Shown: in pieces, positions 11,635 through 24,096 of the stretch
Layout of the letters: each line of letters starts with the position of its first letter
How positions within the stretch are numbered: the stretch's first letter is position 1
From: Trichosphaerium sp. ATCC 40318
Lineage: Eukaryota > Protista > Tubulinea
Length of the DNA stretch: 64,000 bases
Direction: 5' to 3'
Assembly (NCBI GenBank): GCA_038496445.1
Contig: JALMLS010000234.1
Span: 1 to 64,000 of the forward strand
Program-made: the position numbers and the translations under genes
The notes under the pieces: generated by a model
Told to the model about the DNA's origin: nothing
Databases searched by the model: none
The model's input: the letters and a program-made list of their open reading frames with translations, nothing else

Positions 11635-14600
11635 TCACACGTCGCTTAGAGATCTTTTAATAGCCTCTTGCAACATTTTCTCTTCATCATCATCGTCATC
11701 TATATTTATAGCATCACGTGTTGGCGATGATTTGCGTTTAGTTTTATCTTCATCATCACTATCTACATTATAAATATCAAGTACCATGTCACTCTGCGTT
11801 GTAAAGTCGCTCAGTTTACCTAATAATAAATAGTAAGATTCAATGCTAAAATGCTTGAAGTGCTGTCTTTTGTACTCATTGTTTTAGTTAGCTTAGGCTT
11901 TGGCGACTTTTGTCCAAAAAGAGCTTCTTCATCATCATCCGATTCAACAAGTTCTTCATGAAGTCTAAGTGTATGTTGTAATAGCTCAAGCTTTTTAAAG
12001 AAGTTAATATGTAACAATGCTTCGCTAATGCCTTACTTGAGTGTCCTGAGTTCCATACTTAAGTGTAGGATCATCTACAGAAGGTACACCTGTTACTAGT
12101 TTATAACCATACCCTTTGAATCACACTGTAAGCGCTCACATTTGTAATAAAGGGGATTTTGTTTTCACCTTGGTTTATCAAGTATTGTTGTCTTTTTTGA
12201 CTGTACACTTCCTCTCTTGTACCCTTCGAAACAAGGATATAGAAAAAAGCGTCATACTCTTTCTCTTGTTCATCTTCAAATATCCTAAACTGTGTATTGT
12301 ACTTTGGACGAAGAATACGCCCTAAAAAAGCCCAAACATGTAAGTAAATGTATTCTGTTTTGTAGAAAAAAAGTTGCATTTCTGTTCGTCCAGTTACCCC
12401 CTTTCTAAGTTTAACATTGGTTACATACCTAAACGTTGTGCTTCTTGTCTTCTTGATCCAAAATGACCAGATATCTCAACAATGACATTTGCTTGAGGTA
12501 GATTAAGTGAATTATCTCCAACTTTTGATAAAAAAATAGTCTTGACATTCGGAGATGTCTGGAATTGTTGTAATATCTTAACACGGTTTTTATGACTTGT
12601 TGATCCATGTATACATGGCTTATTTAATATCTTAGCATAGTGCTCCAAAGCATAAATATTATCAGAGAAAACAATAATATTATGACCTTTTGCTTCATGT
12701 TCTCTTATAAGAAACTCACAAGCCCTGAACTTATTCGGGTTCATAACACCCAGTATAAGCTTTGTCCTAAATTAAAAGAGCCATCAATCATTAAGTCCAT
12801 GAATTAGACAAAAGCCAATAAAATAAAATCACGTGTGATTTTAGTACCTAGAGTTCTTTCTTTCATTGTATTCGTTCATAAATTCATCGCTCATTGGGCA
12901 ACTCACCTTTACTTCAATAAGCCACAAGATAAACCATAAACCCGGTACCTCAGCACACTGAACTGTTGCAATATGACCAGCTTGAGCCAAATCAAGCCAA
13001 TTAGCTTCATATAATTTAGGACCAATCAAAAACCTTAAGTCATCAATTTTCTGATCTTCCCTAACAAGTGTCGCTATTTTTTATTAGCGTCATTCTTATA
13101 ACCAAACACAGCTCTAGGTTCATACCTGTAAGACCAAGTTTGCAATGAATAGGAGCAACGCTTAAAGCGTTTCTAAAAGTTTCTGCAGGTGCAACATGAA
13201 CTTCGTCAAGCACCATCAAACCCCAGTGTCTAAGTCAAAAAAATTAGGTTCTATTGACTCTTGAACTAAATAGTACGTATTTGATATCCACTTAAGAATC
13301 TCCTTTGAGCGCCCTGATCTTTGTACTTTTGATCCAATCATAGAATACGTTGTAAGTAACACAAAGCAATCATTCAATTCCTTGTTCTACAAACGTGAAG
13401 TGAGAAGAAAAAGTAAAAGGTTTTAAGCCAACAAAGTTAAGTCGCACTGTTGGTTTTCTCCCTGATGTTAATTTGACTATACGTTTGCCTTCAATAGAAG
13501 CCCAATAAACGAATTGTTGTCTCCATTGATTCACAGCAACTCTGTATAGTTCGTTAGAACACGAAACCCAAACTTTGCCAAAAAAAAAATCGTACGAGCT
13601 TGTACACAATACAAGTGTACGCTTCTTTATAGCGTTTGTGGCTGCTACACCAACCAAAGTCTTTCCAGCACCACAGGGTAAAACTATTATACCAGATCTA
13701 GCACGACTAACATAATGATGAGTATTCTAAGCAATGTAACAAGTGTACCTTTGATTAAACATCCTTGCTAAAGAAGTCTTTTGGTACTCCCTTAATAGTG
13801 TATCACGTTTCAATGATATCTTAATATCTCTTGCTAGTTTATCCTTTTGGTAACTATACTCTTCAATTAAAGGATATCCTAAATCTATACATCTAGATCT
13901 CACGTGCTAAAAAGCATAAGTTGTCAAAAGAAAAAGTAAAAAATAAAAAGCATAATCATACTGTAGACATTGCCGGAATAATCTCAATGTGACATCTATC
14001 CTCACCATCATCAAAACTATTTTCTTCTTCCTCATCTTCTTTATTATTCTTGTCTTCACCTAATAGGCGTTAAAAAGTGTTTCTAATTGATACTAAAAAC
14101 CAAGCCACCTCCGATATCTATCATAGCCAAGAAATCTTCTTCAGTAGGGAATACAGGTGCTGCGCTGGACGCTACGAACGATTCTACAATACCAGCCTAC
14201 AGAAAAACAATGGCATAAGCGTGTTGTTAGCCTATGGGATCTTGAGGTGTACCTCTGGATTCGCCATAGCAGATTGTATTTCTGAATCTGCTATGAGTAC
14301 TTCAAGTAATTCAACACTTGTTGATTCAATGTAATACTTCACACCAGCTTCTCGAGTCCCTCTAACTACAAGCCTTATACTACCACTCTTAAACGTAGAA
14401 CTCTTTATCAAATCCTTAACTTCATCTGGGATGCTCACCTGGCGTTATTTTAGTTTTTTTCTAGCCAACCATTTTCTTTTTTTACAAAGTGTTTAGGCTT
14501 GTTCCAAAAACATATCGAGAGTAAATTGTTCAACGTTCGTGCCTTTGAGAAGTGTTTAAGCTTATCAATGATTTGATAGGTATTTTGGCCTGTTGATATT

Positions 14601-15267
14601 GCTCCAAATAGAGAAAATTTGCTGAGCTCGTACTCATGTATATACGCGGATCTGGTTGGTTAGAAAGGCGTATTAACAGACGAAAAGTTGACGCATTTTA
14701 TGAGAATTTTTGAAGCTTTTGTTGTACGTGTCAATAGCGTACCTGCAAACTGGTTCAGCGATTGAGATGAGGAACTCGTATGCCTGTTGGTATTGAGGCG
14801 AAAAACGTTCAAGAAAAATACGGCAATTTGGCAGGACAATAATAGGCTTCGACGCGTTCTTGGTGTCGTCTGTGGCCAGTAACGTGTATGTTTGCGACAA
14901 ATCCTTATAAACAAGTGTTGGTGTAACCAAACCGTGGTATGCGGGTTTTCTACGCGTCTTCTTTGGTTTTTTGGCACTTTGCTGTGGTGAATCAATGTCT
15001 AGAATTTCAACATCACTGTCATCATCTTTACTATCGGAAACACCCTCTGACGGTGCTTTACGACGTTTTTTAAGCTTGGGAGCTTCATTTTTGCCGGATA
15101 CACTGTCTGTATTTCTCTTTCGCTTACTTCTCAACTGTACTTTTAATTGTGTATCTGTACGTACTAAGACAAGTGTCTACAAACAAAAACAGTTTAAACG
15201 AACCGTCAGGCTCAGCTTCATCGCTACTAGCAATTGCAACAACGTCAGAAAACTCATCACTGCTCAT
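11635..15267 (-). CDS. ERCC3: TFIIH/NER helicase XPB (ERCC3/Ssl2)
   Basis: [93 protein letters not shown]. Confidence 0.95.
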
Positions 15268-15396
15268 ACCACGCGCAGTACCAGCGTTTAGACTCCGAAA
15301 ATGCTAAAAAAGCAAATGAGTTAAGTGTGGAACTGCTAAGCGTCAGCTGTTTTTCTTACCTCATTTTGACACTTGCTGGATTTTGGCTGACACGTG

Positions 15397-17637
15397 ATGG
15401 TTATGTTTATTGACCAGAAGACTACAGTACGATTAGCATCGTACTACGAAGTAACAGTTTGGTATTGTATTAGGTTGTCTTGTTGATTTTTTGTACTGTT
15501 GTTAGCGCAAGTATTAATGTTAATGTAACTACATATGGCGCTAAAGGTACGCTTTACACTTGTTAACATGAGAATGAAGACATTTAGGTGACGGCAAAAC
15601 AAACGACCACAACGCTATTGTAGCTGCTATTTCAGCGTGTAAAACGTCAGGAGGCGGCGAAGTAGGCCTTTTTATAACTAATTGACTTACTAAAAGAATG
15701 TAGGTACGCTTCACAGCGCCTGGAAGATACCTAACCGCGCCATTTAATTTAACTGATAATTTAACGTACAATTATGACAACTTTTCTAAAGCCAGTTCAA
15801 TAATTCTCTTACAGCCTGAGAGTTGATCCTGGCGCCACTATTCTCGCCATAGATGATGAGGTACTGAGTGTTATTAGCAAAAAGCGTAATTTTATTAAAC
15901 TTGGTTGATTCTAGACGAAGTGGCCTGTTATACCACCAATGCCTTCTTATGGTACCGGAAGAGAGCTTCCTGGGCCTAGATACACATCATTTATCCATGG
16001 GCAACATTTACAAAACGTTGAGATTACAGGTCTGTATTTTTGTGGTTTTCTGATTTTGTGCTTTATTTTCTGGTTTTTTTCTGATTACTTACATTACTTA
16101 GGCGGTGGTACAATAGATGGGCAAGGCGCATATTGGTGGAAGTTATTCGAATCAAAGAATCTTAAACATACAAGAGGGTACGATAGAGCTTTAAAGCGTA
16201 GTAGAGTTTGTAACAAACAAATAGACGGCTTATTGAATTCATGTGGACAAATCATGTGTTGATACATAATATACATCTTCAAAACAGCCCATTTTGGACT
16301 GTTCACCCAGTTTACTGTGACGATGTAACAGTACGCAATGTCTCGATTAAGAACCCTGCTAGTAGTCCCAACACAGATGGTACGAAACAATGAGATGTAA
16401 AAAAGAAGCTAATAATATTTAGGCGTTGATCCTGACTCTTCAACAAATGTGCTTATTGAAAATTGTACTATTGATGTTGGGTGCGTTACTTATTCTTTAG
16501 AATATATGGATATCTAAAAATAAAATAGCGATGATATGATTGCTATCAAAAGCGGCATGAATGAAGCAGGAGTTAAGTATGGAAGACCAAGGTATCCGAA
16601 TTCTTTTTTATTCGAAAACCCAATTGCCCCCACAGGGCTCAAGAAGCTTTTCTTCCTATCCCCACTTTTGGTCTAGTTTTATATGCTATATCTTGTTAGC
16701 AACATCAAAGAAAATATTCACGTGTGCACGTGTCAAGGAGAGTTGTTATTTAGCGTTTATTCATTTTTTAGCGGAAATATGACTATCAGAAACAACCTAT
16801 TCCTAAATGGACATGGCGCTTCTATTGGATCTGAAATGTCTGGTGGTGTTTTTAATATCACTTTTGATAATAACATCTTCAAAAATACAGAAAGGTATCC
16901 ACACTCTTTGCATGCTAAAGAGCCTTGACATTTTTTCTTTTTTTTCGTTTTTCAAAAAAAAACTGTCAACCTTTTTATCGCATTTATACTTAAACTGAGT
17001 TTACTTTATAGGGGTTGTCGTATAAAAACCGAGGCTGATCGGGGAGGGTATGTTAAAAACGTAATATTTAAGAACATGGTTATAAACAATGTAAAAGAGG
17101 TAAACAACAAAACTCTAAAAGAAATTTAACAATTTTTCACAAATCTTAACACCAATGTAGGTTATATCTGTCAGTATGTTTTGTGCGTATTGTTAAAGTA
17201 GAGAGTAATAGGTGGTTTAATATTGTTTTAGATGGATTTGATACTACATCTCAAGGCCAGAGAGACGATAAAGCTATGGCTTTACCTCTTCCTATTTTTG
17301 AAGACTTTACTTTTTCTAATCTAACTGCAAATGATTGTGAAAGTGCAGGACAAATCCAATGTCTCGAGGGAAGTCCATGTACTTCACTAAACCTAGAAGA
17401 CATACACATAGGAGTACGTTATTTTAATAGCAGAATATTGTAACATAACAGCCATTTTCTGAGTGTTTTATTTCATCGGCCAAGCGGAAATTTTGAGCCG
17501 AGCCATAACATACAATTTCTAAGCATTATAAATAGGCAAAAACAGGTTTCACGTGTGGCTATGCTTTTGGCAAATACAGGGACGTTTCACCAACACCTTG
17601 TATAAAGTCTGAACAGAGCAGCAAGTTGTCAATATAA
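15397..17637 (+). CDS. Secreted GH28 polygalacturonase
   Basis: SPFWTVHPVYC, PNTDGVDPDSS, GDDMIAIKSG, GHGASIGSEMSGG, RIKT motifs across exons. Confidence 0.92.
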
Positions 17638-18199
17638 ACACTACTATTCAGCGTAATTAATATGCCTAATTCTCGTCAGGTTTTCACACGTGTTGTCGTT
17701 TTAATACCAAGTCTGTTCCCGTTTTGGTATTCCGTACTGAAATGTAAACTGGATGAAGATATGACAATGACTGTCTTCGTTTAAAAGTCAGAGATACCAT
17801 TAGATTGAAATAGGCATACAACGTGGATCACAAATGAAAAAAATAGTTCACAAAAGAAAAGGAATCCCTTTAGGCTGAATGTCATTTACTTTTTGTACCA
17901 CGGTTTATTGACATGTTGTGAGGTCTATACATACTCTAAAATAGAGTGTACGCACACACTGGGTCACACTCATGACGATTTCATTGCACTAAGTATACAT
18001 TCTGATCAACACAAGGAAACGCATTATATTACTTTCCCAAAAATGCAATAAAATTGTATCCATCAACTGACTAATTTTAAGTTTGGTTTATTGTAAAACA
18101 CTGAAAAATCGTGCTAGATGGAATACATAAAAAGCTGCAAGAATTGTCTTTATCACATAAAAACTAAATCATTAAGCTCTCTTTGCTTTACTTCTAAAA

Positions 18200-18648
18200 T
18201 CAAGCATATGTAGGTTGTGCGTTCTTTTTGCGAGCACACATGACACATCCAACAATGCATCCAATACAACAACCCAAAATAAGAATACCAACTACCACAT
18301 CGTTAGAAGAGGGAAAAGAAAAAGGAATGAAGCAAACAGTAACAACATACCAACAATACCAACAGGTAGAACCCACTTCCTAAGGCAGCTTGAGCCTACA
18401 AGTTGACCCGTACAACACTTTGCATTTATTCCAGTGTCTTTATCTAGCCAAGAACCGTTGCATGTACAGCAATAATTAGTGCCAAGGTACGTAACGGAAA
18501 TGTCTTTGCTAGGGCAGTTGTCTCCTGGTGCACAAGCTATCCCGCCGTCGTGTGGTAGTGCTGATAAGTCTAGTGTCTCTGCAAGGTAAGCTGAGGCTTG
18601 TAGGCATGCAAAGGAAAGTATTAGGACGAAGAGAGTTGTTGTAGTCAT
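18200..18648 (-). CDS. Small Cys-rich single-pass membrane protein
   Basis: Signal peptide MTTTTLFVLILSFACLQASA, Cys-rich ectodomain; one intron gives TM VGIVVGILILGCCIGCIVGCVMC followed by RKK. Confidence 0.7.
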
Positions 18649-19235
18649 AGGTTCGAAAATGATGTTTGGTTTCTTTGGAACAAGTTGGGAATTCACAGAA
18701 TACCCAGTTTTTTGCTGGGTATTTCTCTGCACAGCAAAAATTCAAGGATCGTTCTTTAATTTATACTACAATTAGGTATTTATATTGTAACAAAGAGGGT
18801 AGATATCCAAAAAGAGACGCTCTATGAATTGCACAAAACTATTTAGCAAAAAACCACAGTTTGTGACGTTTTTCTTAGATTCTTAGGGTACCACTGGTTC
18901 AACTATCCTTGCACGAAGACGGTGAACCTAATCTTAGGGACCGTACATTAACTAGCAACCTTCGGGTTAGTCATTTACCCAAGGCATGCGTAGTATTACA
19001 CGAGCAGATTTTCACAACAAAAACACTCCCAAACGTAATAGTTTTTGCTTGGATCATCAAGGAAACTACACTCACGTGGTAGGCCGGCGTAACCGATGTT
19101 TGTTTTATCAGCTTCATAAATATCCCACACGCGAATTCGATGCTGTAAACCGCTTTATTTGGCATATTGTTGCTGTTTAAACACTTCTTTCTTGCGTATA
19201 TTATGTGCAATAAGAAAGATTGGTTATGTTCACAA

Positions 19236-21058
19236 CGTGAAGAGATCATTTGCTTTTACAAAGAGGACCCTAAATATTTTCGTTATTACACAAAAAGTTC
19301 AAAAAACATACAACCAAAAAAATGTACCTCTGTGTTCCTCTTCTTACTTTTGATAGACCTTTTGGTATTGGTTTTCTATACTTTGATAGTATAGGTAATA
19401 TACATGTTCCGTAGTTATGTACTAGTTGGGATAAAGAAATACGAAACCAATCATTTTTTGATGTTAGATTATAGGTCTTTTTAACTTGTTGAATAAAATC
19501 ATACTCCCTGCTTTTGTCCCACGTTTGTGTACTTAAGATATGCTCTACAGAATAAGGTATTAGCTCACAGATATTATTAAATCATAATGCGTACTGGTTC
19601 GGGTTCTAAAGGCATCAAGACGCCATGGGTGATCAGGATACATATCTTGAACCAAGTTTTTCAAATCTCCATAATACCTTTCCGACATTCAGTTTCTGTT
19701 TGTATAAAAACTTTTCACTTACCCTATAATTCCTGAAGCTATTGATTTAATTTTACTGTGTTTTATACTATGCCATTCATCTATACTAAAAATACCAAGG
19801 CTTTTTTCTAGCTAAGAAAATCTGTTGGAACCACAAGAGACTCAAAAAAAATTATCAAAAAAAAAAAGAGCTTCTTACACTACGAACAACATTTAGTCTA
19901 TTATGAGATTTACTCCAGTAATTCATCGGCACTGATGCTGTAATAACATTAAAAAACAAAAGGAAAATCTAAGAGATATACCAAATCGCCATGACTCCCA
20001 TCTATAATCTGGATACATATCATGTAAGCACCGATGTAACGAACCGCCATAATACCTTTAAAAAAAAGTCACAAGATAACTTTTAAGTCAAAGGCCACCC
20101 CACGTGCGTACATGTATATCATATCGGAACCTGGTACTTGTTTAATTTGACGTGTGGTAACTGTATACCAATCTTCAATCTTATTTATTTCTTGCTTTTT
20201 TTCATACTAATATTTCCATTTGAGTCAGAACATGCTTTACTGGTTTTATAGGTTAAAAATCGTACATCTATCAACCAAGCAAGTCTGTTAGCATAAATAT
20301 GCCATCCGTGATGTGGAGAAACCTTTGCTATTTAGACACGTGTGAGTACAAAGCAAAGAAGCAACAACAATAGTACTAAATTTCCAAGATTGCCAAGATG
20401 TATCACTATAAACTGCCCTTATCATAGCTACTAATGAACCCTTGTACTTGCTTGACTTTTATTAGACGAACTACTAGCTACGTAGATCACTTCTTACGCT
20501 AAAATTTTCTTTCCTCCTGCATTGACAATATCGTCACCTGAGACTTGATACCAATCATCTATTTTTTTAATGTCAAGTTGTTCTTCAATCTATACTTCCG
20601 TTATAACCTATTTTGAAACAAAAATAAATAGTGTACATCTCTAACTACATCAATGACATTACTATGATTATCCCAAAATCTTTCAGATACACATCCTGAT
20701 GAAGTGTCAAAGGTTGAAAGTTTTTCCCTTTTTCTGAAAAAAGCAAAAAATAGTATTTAAGCGTTTTCTCACGTACTAAATTTTGTTTGCTTCCATTGAA
20801 CATCAGGATAGGCGTTGGTTAGTGCTAAGCTTACGGAACCACCACCAGATCTGGTTTTAAAATTAGTTATCTAGTTTTAACTGTTCAATCGCTAATTACC
20901 GTATAAATCGGTGTCCTCCCGCCTGTATAACATCTCTATACGTTACATTATACCAATCACGTAGAGAAGTAATGCCAAGCTTCGCTTCTACCTACAAACG
21001 TATTATAACGCGTTTTACGCAATAAGATAACCTTCATGACAGACGCTAAGCACGCCAT
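19236..21058 (-). CDS. ~70-aa DWY-GG-WKF repeat protein, paralogue of 39058-41905, apparently without nuclease domain
   Basis: Exons read LGITSLRDWYNVTYRDVIQAGGHRFIR; LDIKKIDDWYQVSGDDIVNAGGKKIL; YKGSLVAMIRAVYSDTSWQSWKF; IEDWYTVTT; YGGSLHRCLHDMYPDYRWESWRF. Not in the ORF track. Confidence 0.75.
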
Positions 21059-21206
21059 GGCTAAACGTCACTAAAAGCCTCGAAACGGCCTCTCTGCTAT
21101 CCGTTTTGATACGGTCCACTTCCAGCAAACTAACAACACATTACACAGAACTTAAGCAAACATACAAGGTAATTTGTATTCAACGTTTTTATTTCTTTGA
21201 GAAAAA

Positions 21207-23975
21207 TTATGACGATCGCAATGCTTGCAAATTCTCAAGCTCTTGTTGTAAATCTGCAGTCTTACGACACTCCTAAGCTTATATTAAACAACTTCGTCCT
21301 TATACTACAACCGTACCTCTTGAAACTCCTTGGCGGCCTTATAATACGCACGCTCTTTCTCAACCAAAGTCTGGTATTGCTCATCACTGAGATCTCTTGT
21401 CTCCTAAAATCAAAAAATGAGATACAGAAGAACGTGATTCTACACGTCTTCAGATTGTTTTTACTTTGTCTGTGATACGTACCTTTGATTGCTCTACCAT
21501 GTCCTTTGCCCGTGTGAGATTATCTCTAACAGACTTTTCGATCTGATCGAGAGACTCCAAAAACTTTGTTCTGACTGATTTGGATTTTCGTGTTTTTGGA
21601 TATGTATCACGTATGGATTGTAAAATATTGACCTGAAGAGAACATGATTAGCAACCATAAGTGTAACAGCAACTGAGAAGAAAAGCAAGGAGCAGAGGAA
21701 AAGAAAACTAGGCGCAGTACGTACTTCTTTTTCTAAAAATGTTCTTGTATCTTGCAATGTATTAAAAGTATTATAATACTGCTTTGTCTCAGTAAATCTC
21801 ACTGTCATTTGCTCATATAACTCTACAAACTGTTTACTGTATTGTTGTAGTTCCCTACGAGATGGAATCTCATCAATCTTCCTCTTAGCAAGTGCAATAT
21901 CCTATTATTGACAAAAAACATAAGCCACGTGATTTTCAGAATAACTAAAAAGACGTACCCTAGTCTTAGACTTGAGTACTTCATTAACTTTTCTTTGTTT
22001 TTCAGCAAGTTTAGCAAGCTGCGCTTCTGCCAAACGTATCTTCTTTCCTTCTGCAGTTTCGTGTCTATTGGTAAAAAATAAGAAGAACAGTTCATCCAGG
22101 TAGATTTCAAAAAAAAAAATCGGTTCAAAAACATACTTTTGGCTTTTAACAGCCTCAACCCTTGCTTGCCACAAACCAAGCTGCTCTTTACAATTTAGTT
22201 TGAATTCCTTAATTTGGGTCTTAAGGTTCTCATTGAGGCTCACAAGAGCTCGAAGTTGATCAATAAGAGCTTTATTCTGTACAAAAAAATTAGGAAGAGA
22301 TTAAATAATAATAAAAGCTGTTTACCTCTGGTGTTTCCTTTGCAATAAACTCATCAATTCTAGCCTGAATTTGAGCATTCTCAGCCTCGCTTGTTTGTAG
22401 TATCTCTTTAAGTTTCTCTAGACGCGCAAGTAACTTATTACGCCCAGGTTTGAGAGCATCTGCCTTACTAAAAAGAGATAAGTTGTCAAGCTCAAATAGC
22501 AATAATAAATAATTAAGTTTTCGTGTGAACAACGTACGCATCTGCTGCTGCTTTTTGTTTCCTTATTTTACCCAATTGATTCAAATGAGCTTTCTCTTTA
22601 TCAAGAGTCTGAGACTCTTCAGAGTACTTTTTCTTTACTTCTTTCCAAACTTCACCGCCCTTTTGGAAACACGTGATATCAGCAACGAAAACAAATAATA
22701 AAACAAAAAAACAAGCTAATACCGGTACTCACCTCTTGAAGATTTTTTTGTATCATTTGTCGTACATTATCTTCCTCAATACTCTCACCTTGCCCTGTAC
22801 AATGAAGAATGTCAAAACCACGCGTTATGAACAAAGTAGAAAGTACATTTTGACGCAGATTTAAGCATTTTTTGTTGTAACTTTTCGTTCTTCTCCGCTT
22901 CTACAACAACCTCTGCTGCATCCTCTAAATCAAACTGTCAACGCAACGGTGCTATAATCCCTTTCGCAAATATAATATCTTGACGCAAAGGGGGATGATT
23001 TAGAGTACGTACCTGCAGTGGCAAAGTTGTCTAACGGATTCTTTTTATCTTCCTTCGCTCTGTTCTTTTGTTTGAGGGCCATAGTATACAGATACCCTTG
23101 TCCATACTCAACAAGCGTCTTAAATGATAGTTAGCACGCTAGTTGGCGTCAAGGTGTATTTTGTTTCTTTGATTTTACGCACAGCTTGAACTCTGTCATT
23201 TTCTTGGCGCCTGTCACTACGCAGACGCTTGCTACGACGTGTTCTTGATTGTAGTTAGCAACAAATAATTTTTATGGAAGTCATACCTCAATCTGTATTT
23301 TCTAACCACCCCATAGTTGGAGCTGGCGCGATTTAAGTAGTTTAATCCTTTAACTTTGCCTTCTTTGGCTTGACGTTCTTCAGGGAGCTCAAAACCTTTG
23401 TCAAATTGCGCAACAGAGAATAAACGAATGACATCTTCAGTTTGAGACCTAAAATCGGTTAGCAAATCACAAGTGTAAAAAATGTCTAACCTGACTTCTA
23501 TTACTCTGTTCACGAGCCACTTTAGCGCTGGTAGAAGCTTAATGTAATTGAGGTACAGAATTTCATTGGCAACGAGGCGAGTTGGACATTTCATTTTCCT
23601 TAAAGCCTCCACAACATTACCAGATACTTGTCTATCATGAATTTAGTAATTACAGCATATTTTGAAAAAAGAATAAGTAACTTCTGTATTTTGACACGAA
23701 CATTCCAAACAGACGTACACTTTTTCAAACAAACGCGCATTCTCTTGAAAGAGTAGTGCGAAATCGATTTTTACTTGACTGTTCATAATACACCAACACA
23801 TCCCTCCAACAACGCGATCAAAGGGGCTTAGGGTAGTAATACGCGCTCTGAAGTATCCAGCAGCCAATAGCAACCCAATGGTGGCCTCATATTTCTTTAA
23901 CTGCTCAGGATCATCAACATGTTGGGTATTGCCATCTCTCGCGGCTGATTGGCCAGCAGCAATCTTAAAAGACAT
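21207..23975 (-). CDS. CCDC93: CCDC93 (Commander/CCC complex subunit)
   Basis: LLLAAGYFRARITTLSPFDRVVGGMCWCI; RFTETKQYYNTFNTLQDTRTFLEKE; coiled-coil C-terminus. Confidence 0.93.
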
Positions 23976-24096
23976 TTTGTGGTATTATACGAGTGTTTTG
24001 AAGAACTTGACAGCGAAAATTGTAGACTATTTTTGAACGCTGCTTTTTCTCAAATAATAATTGTTCATCAAGAGGTGCTATAACCAATAAGCTATA

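Noticed and set aside
16592-17010. GTATCC donors in GH28 as possible U12-type introns
   Set aside because: They lack the full GTATCCTT donor and a TCCTTAAC branch point
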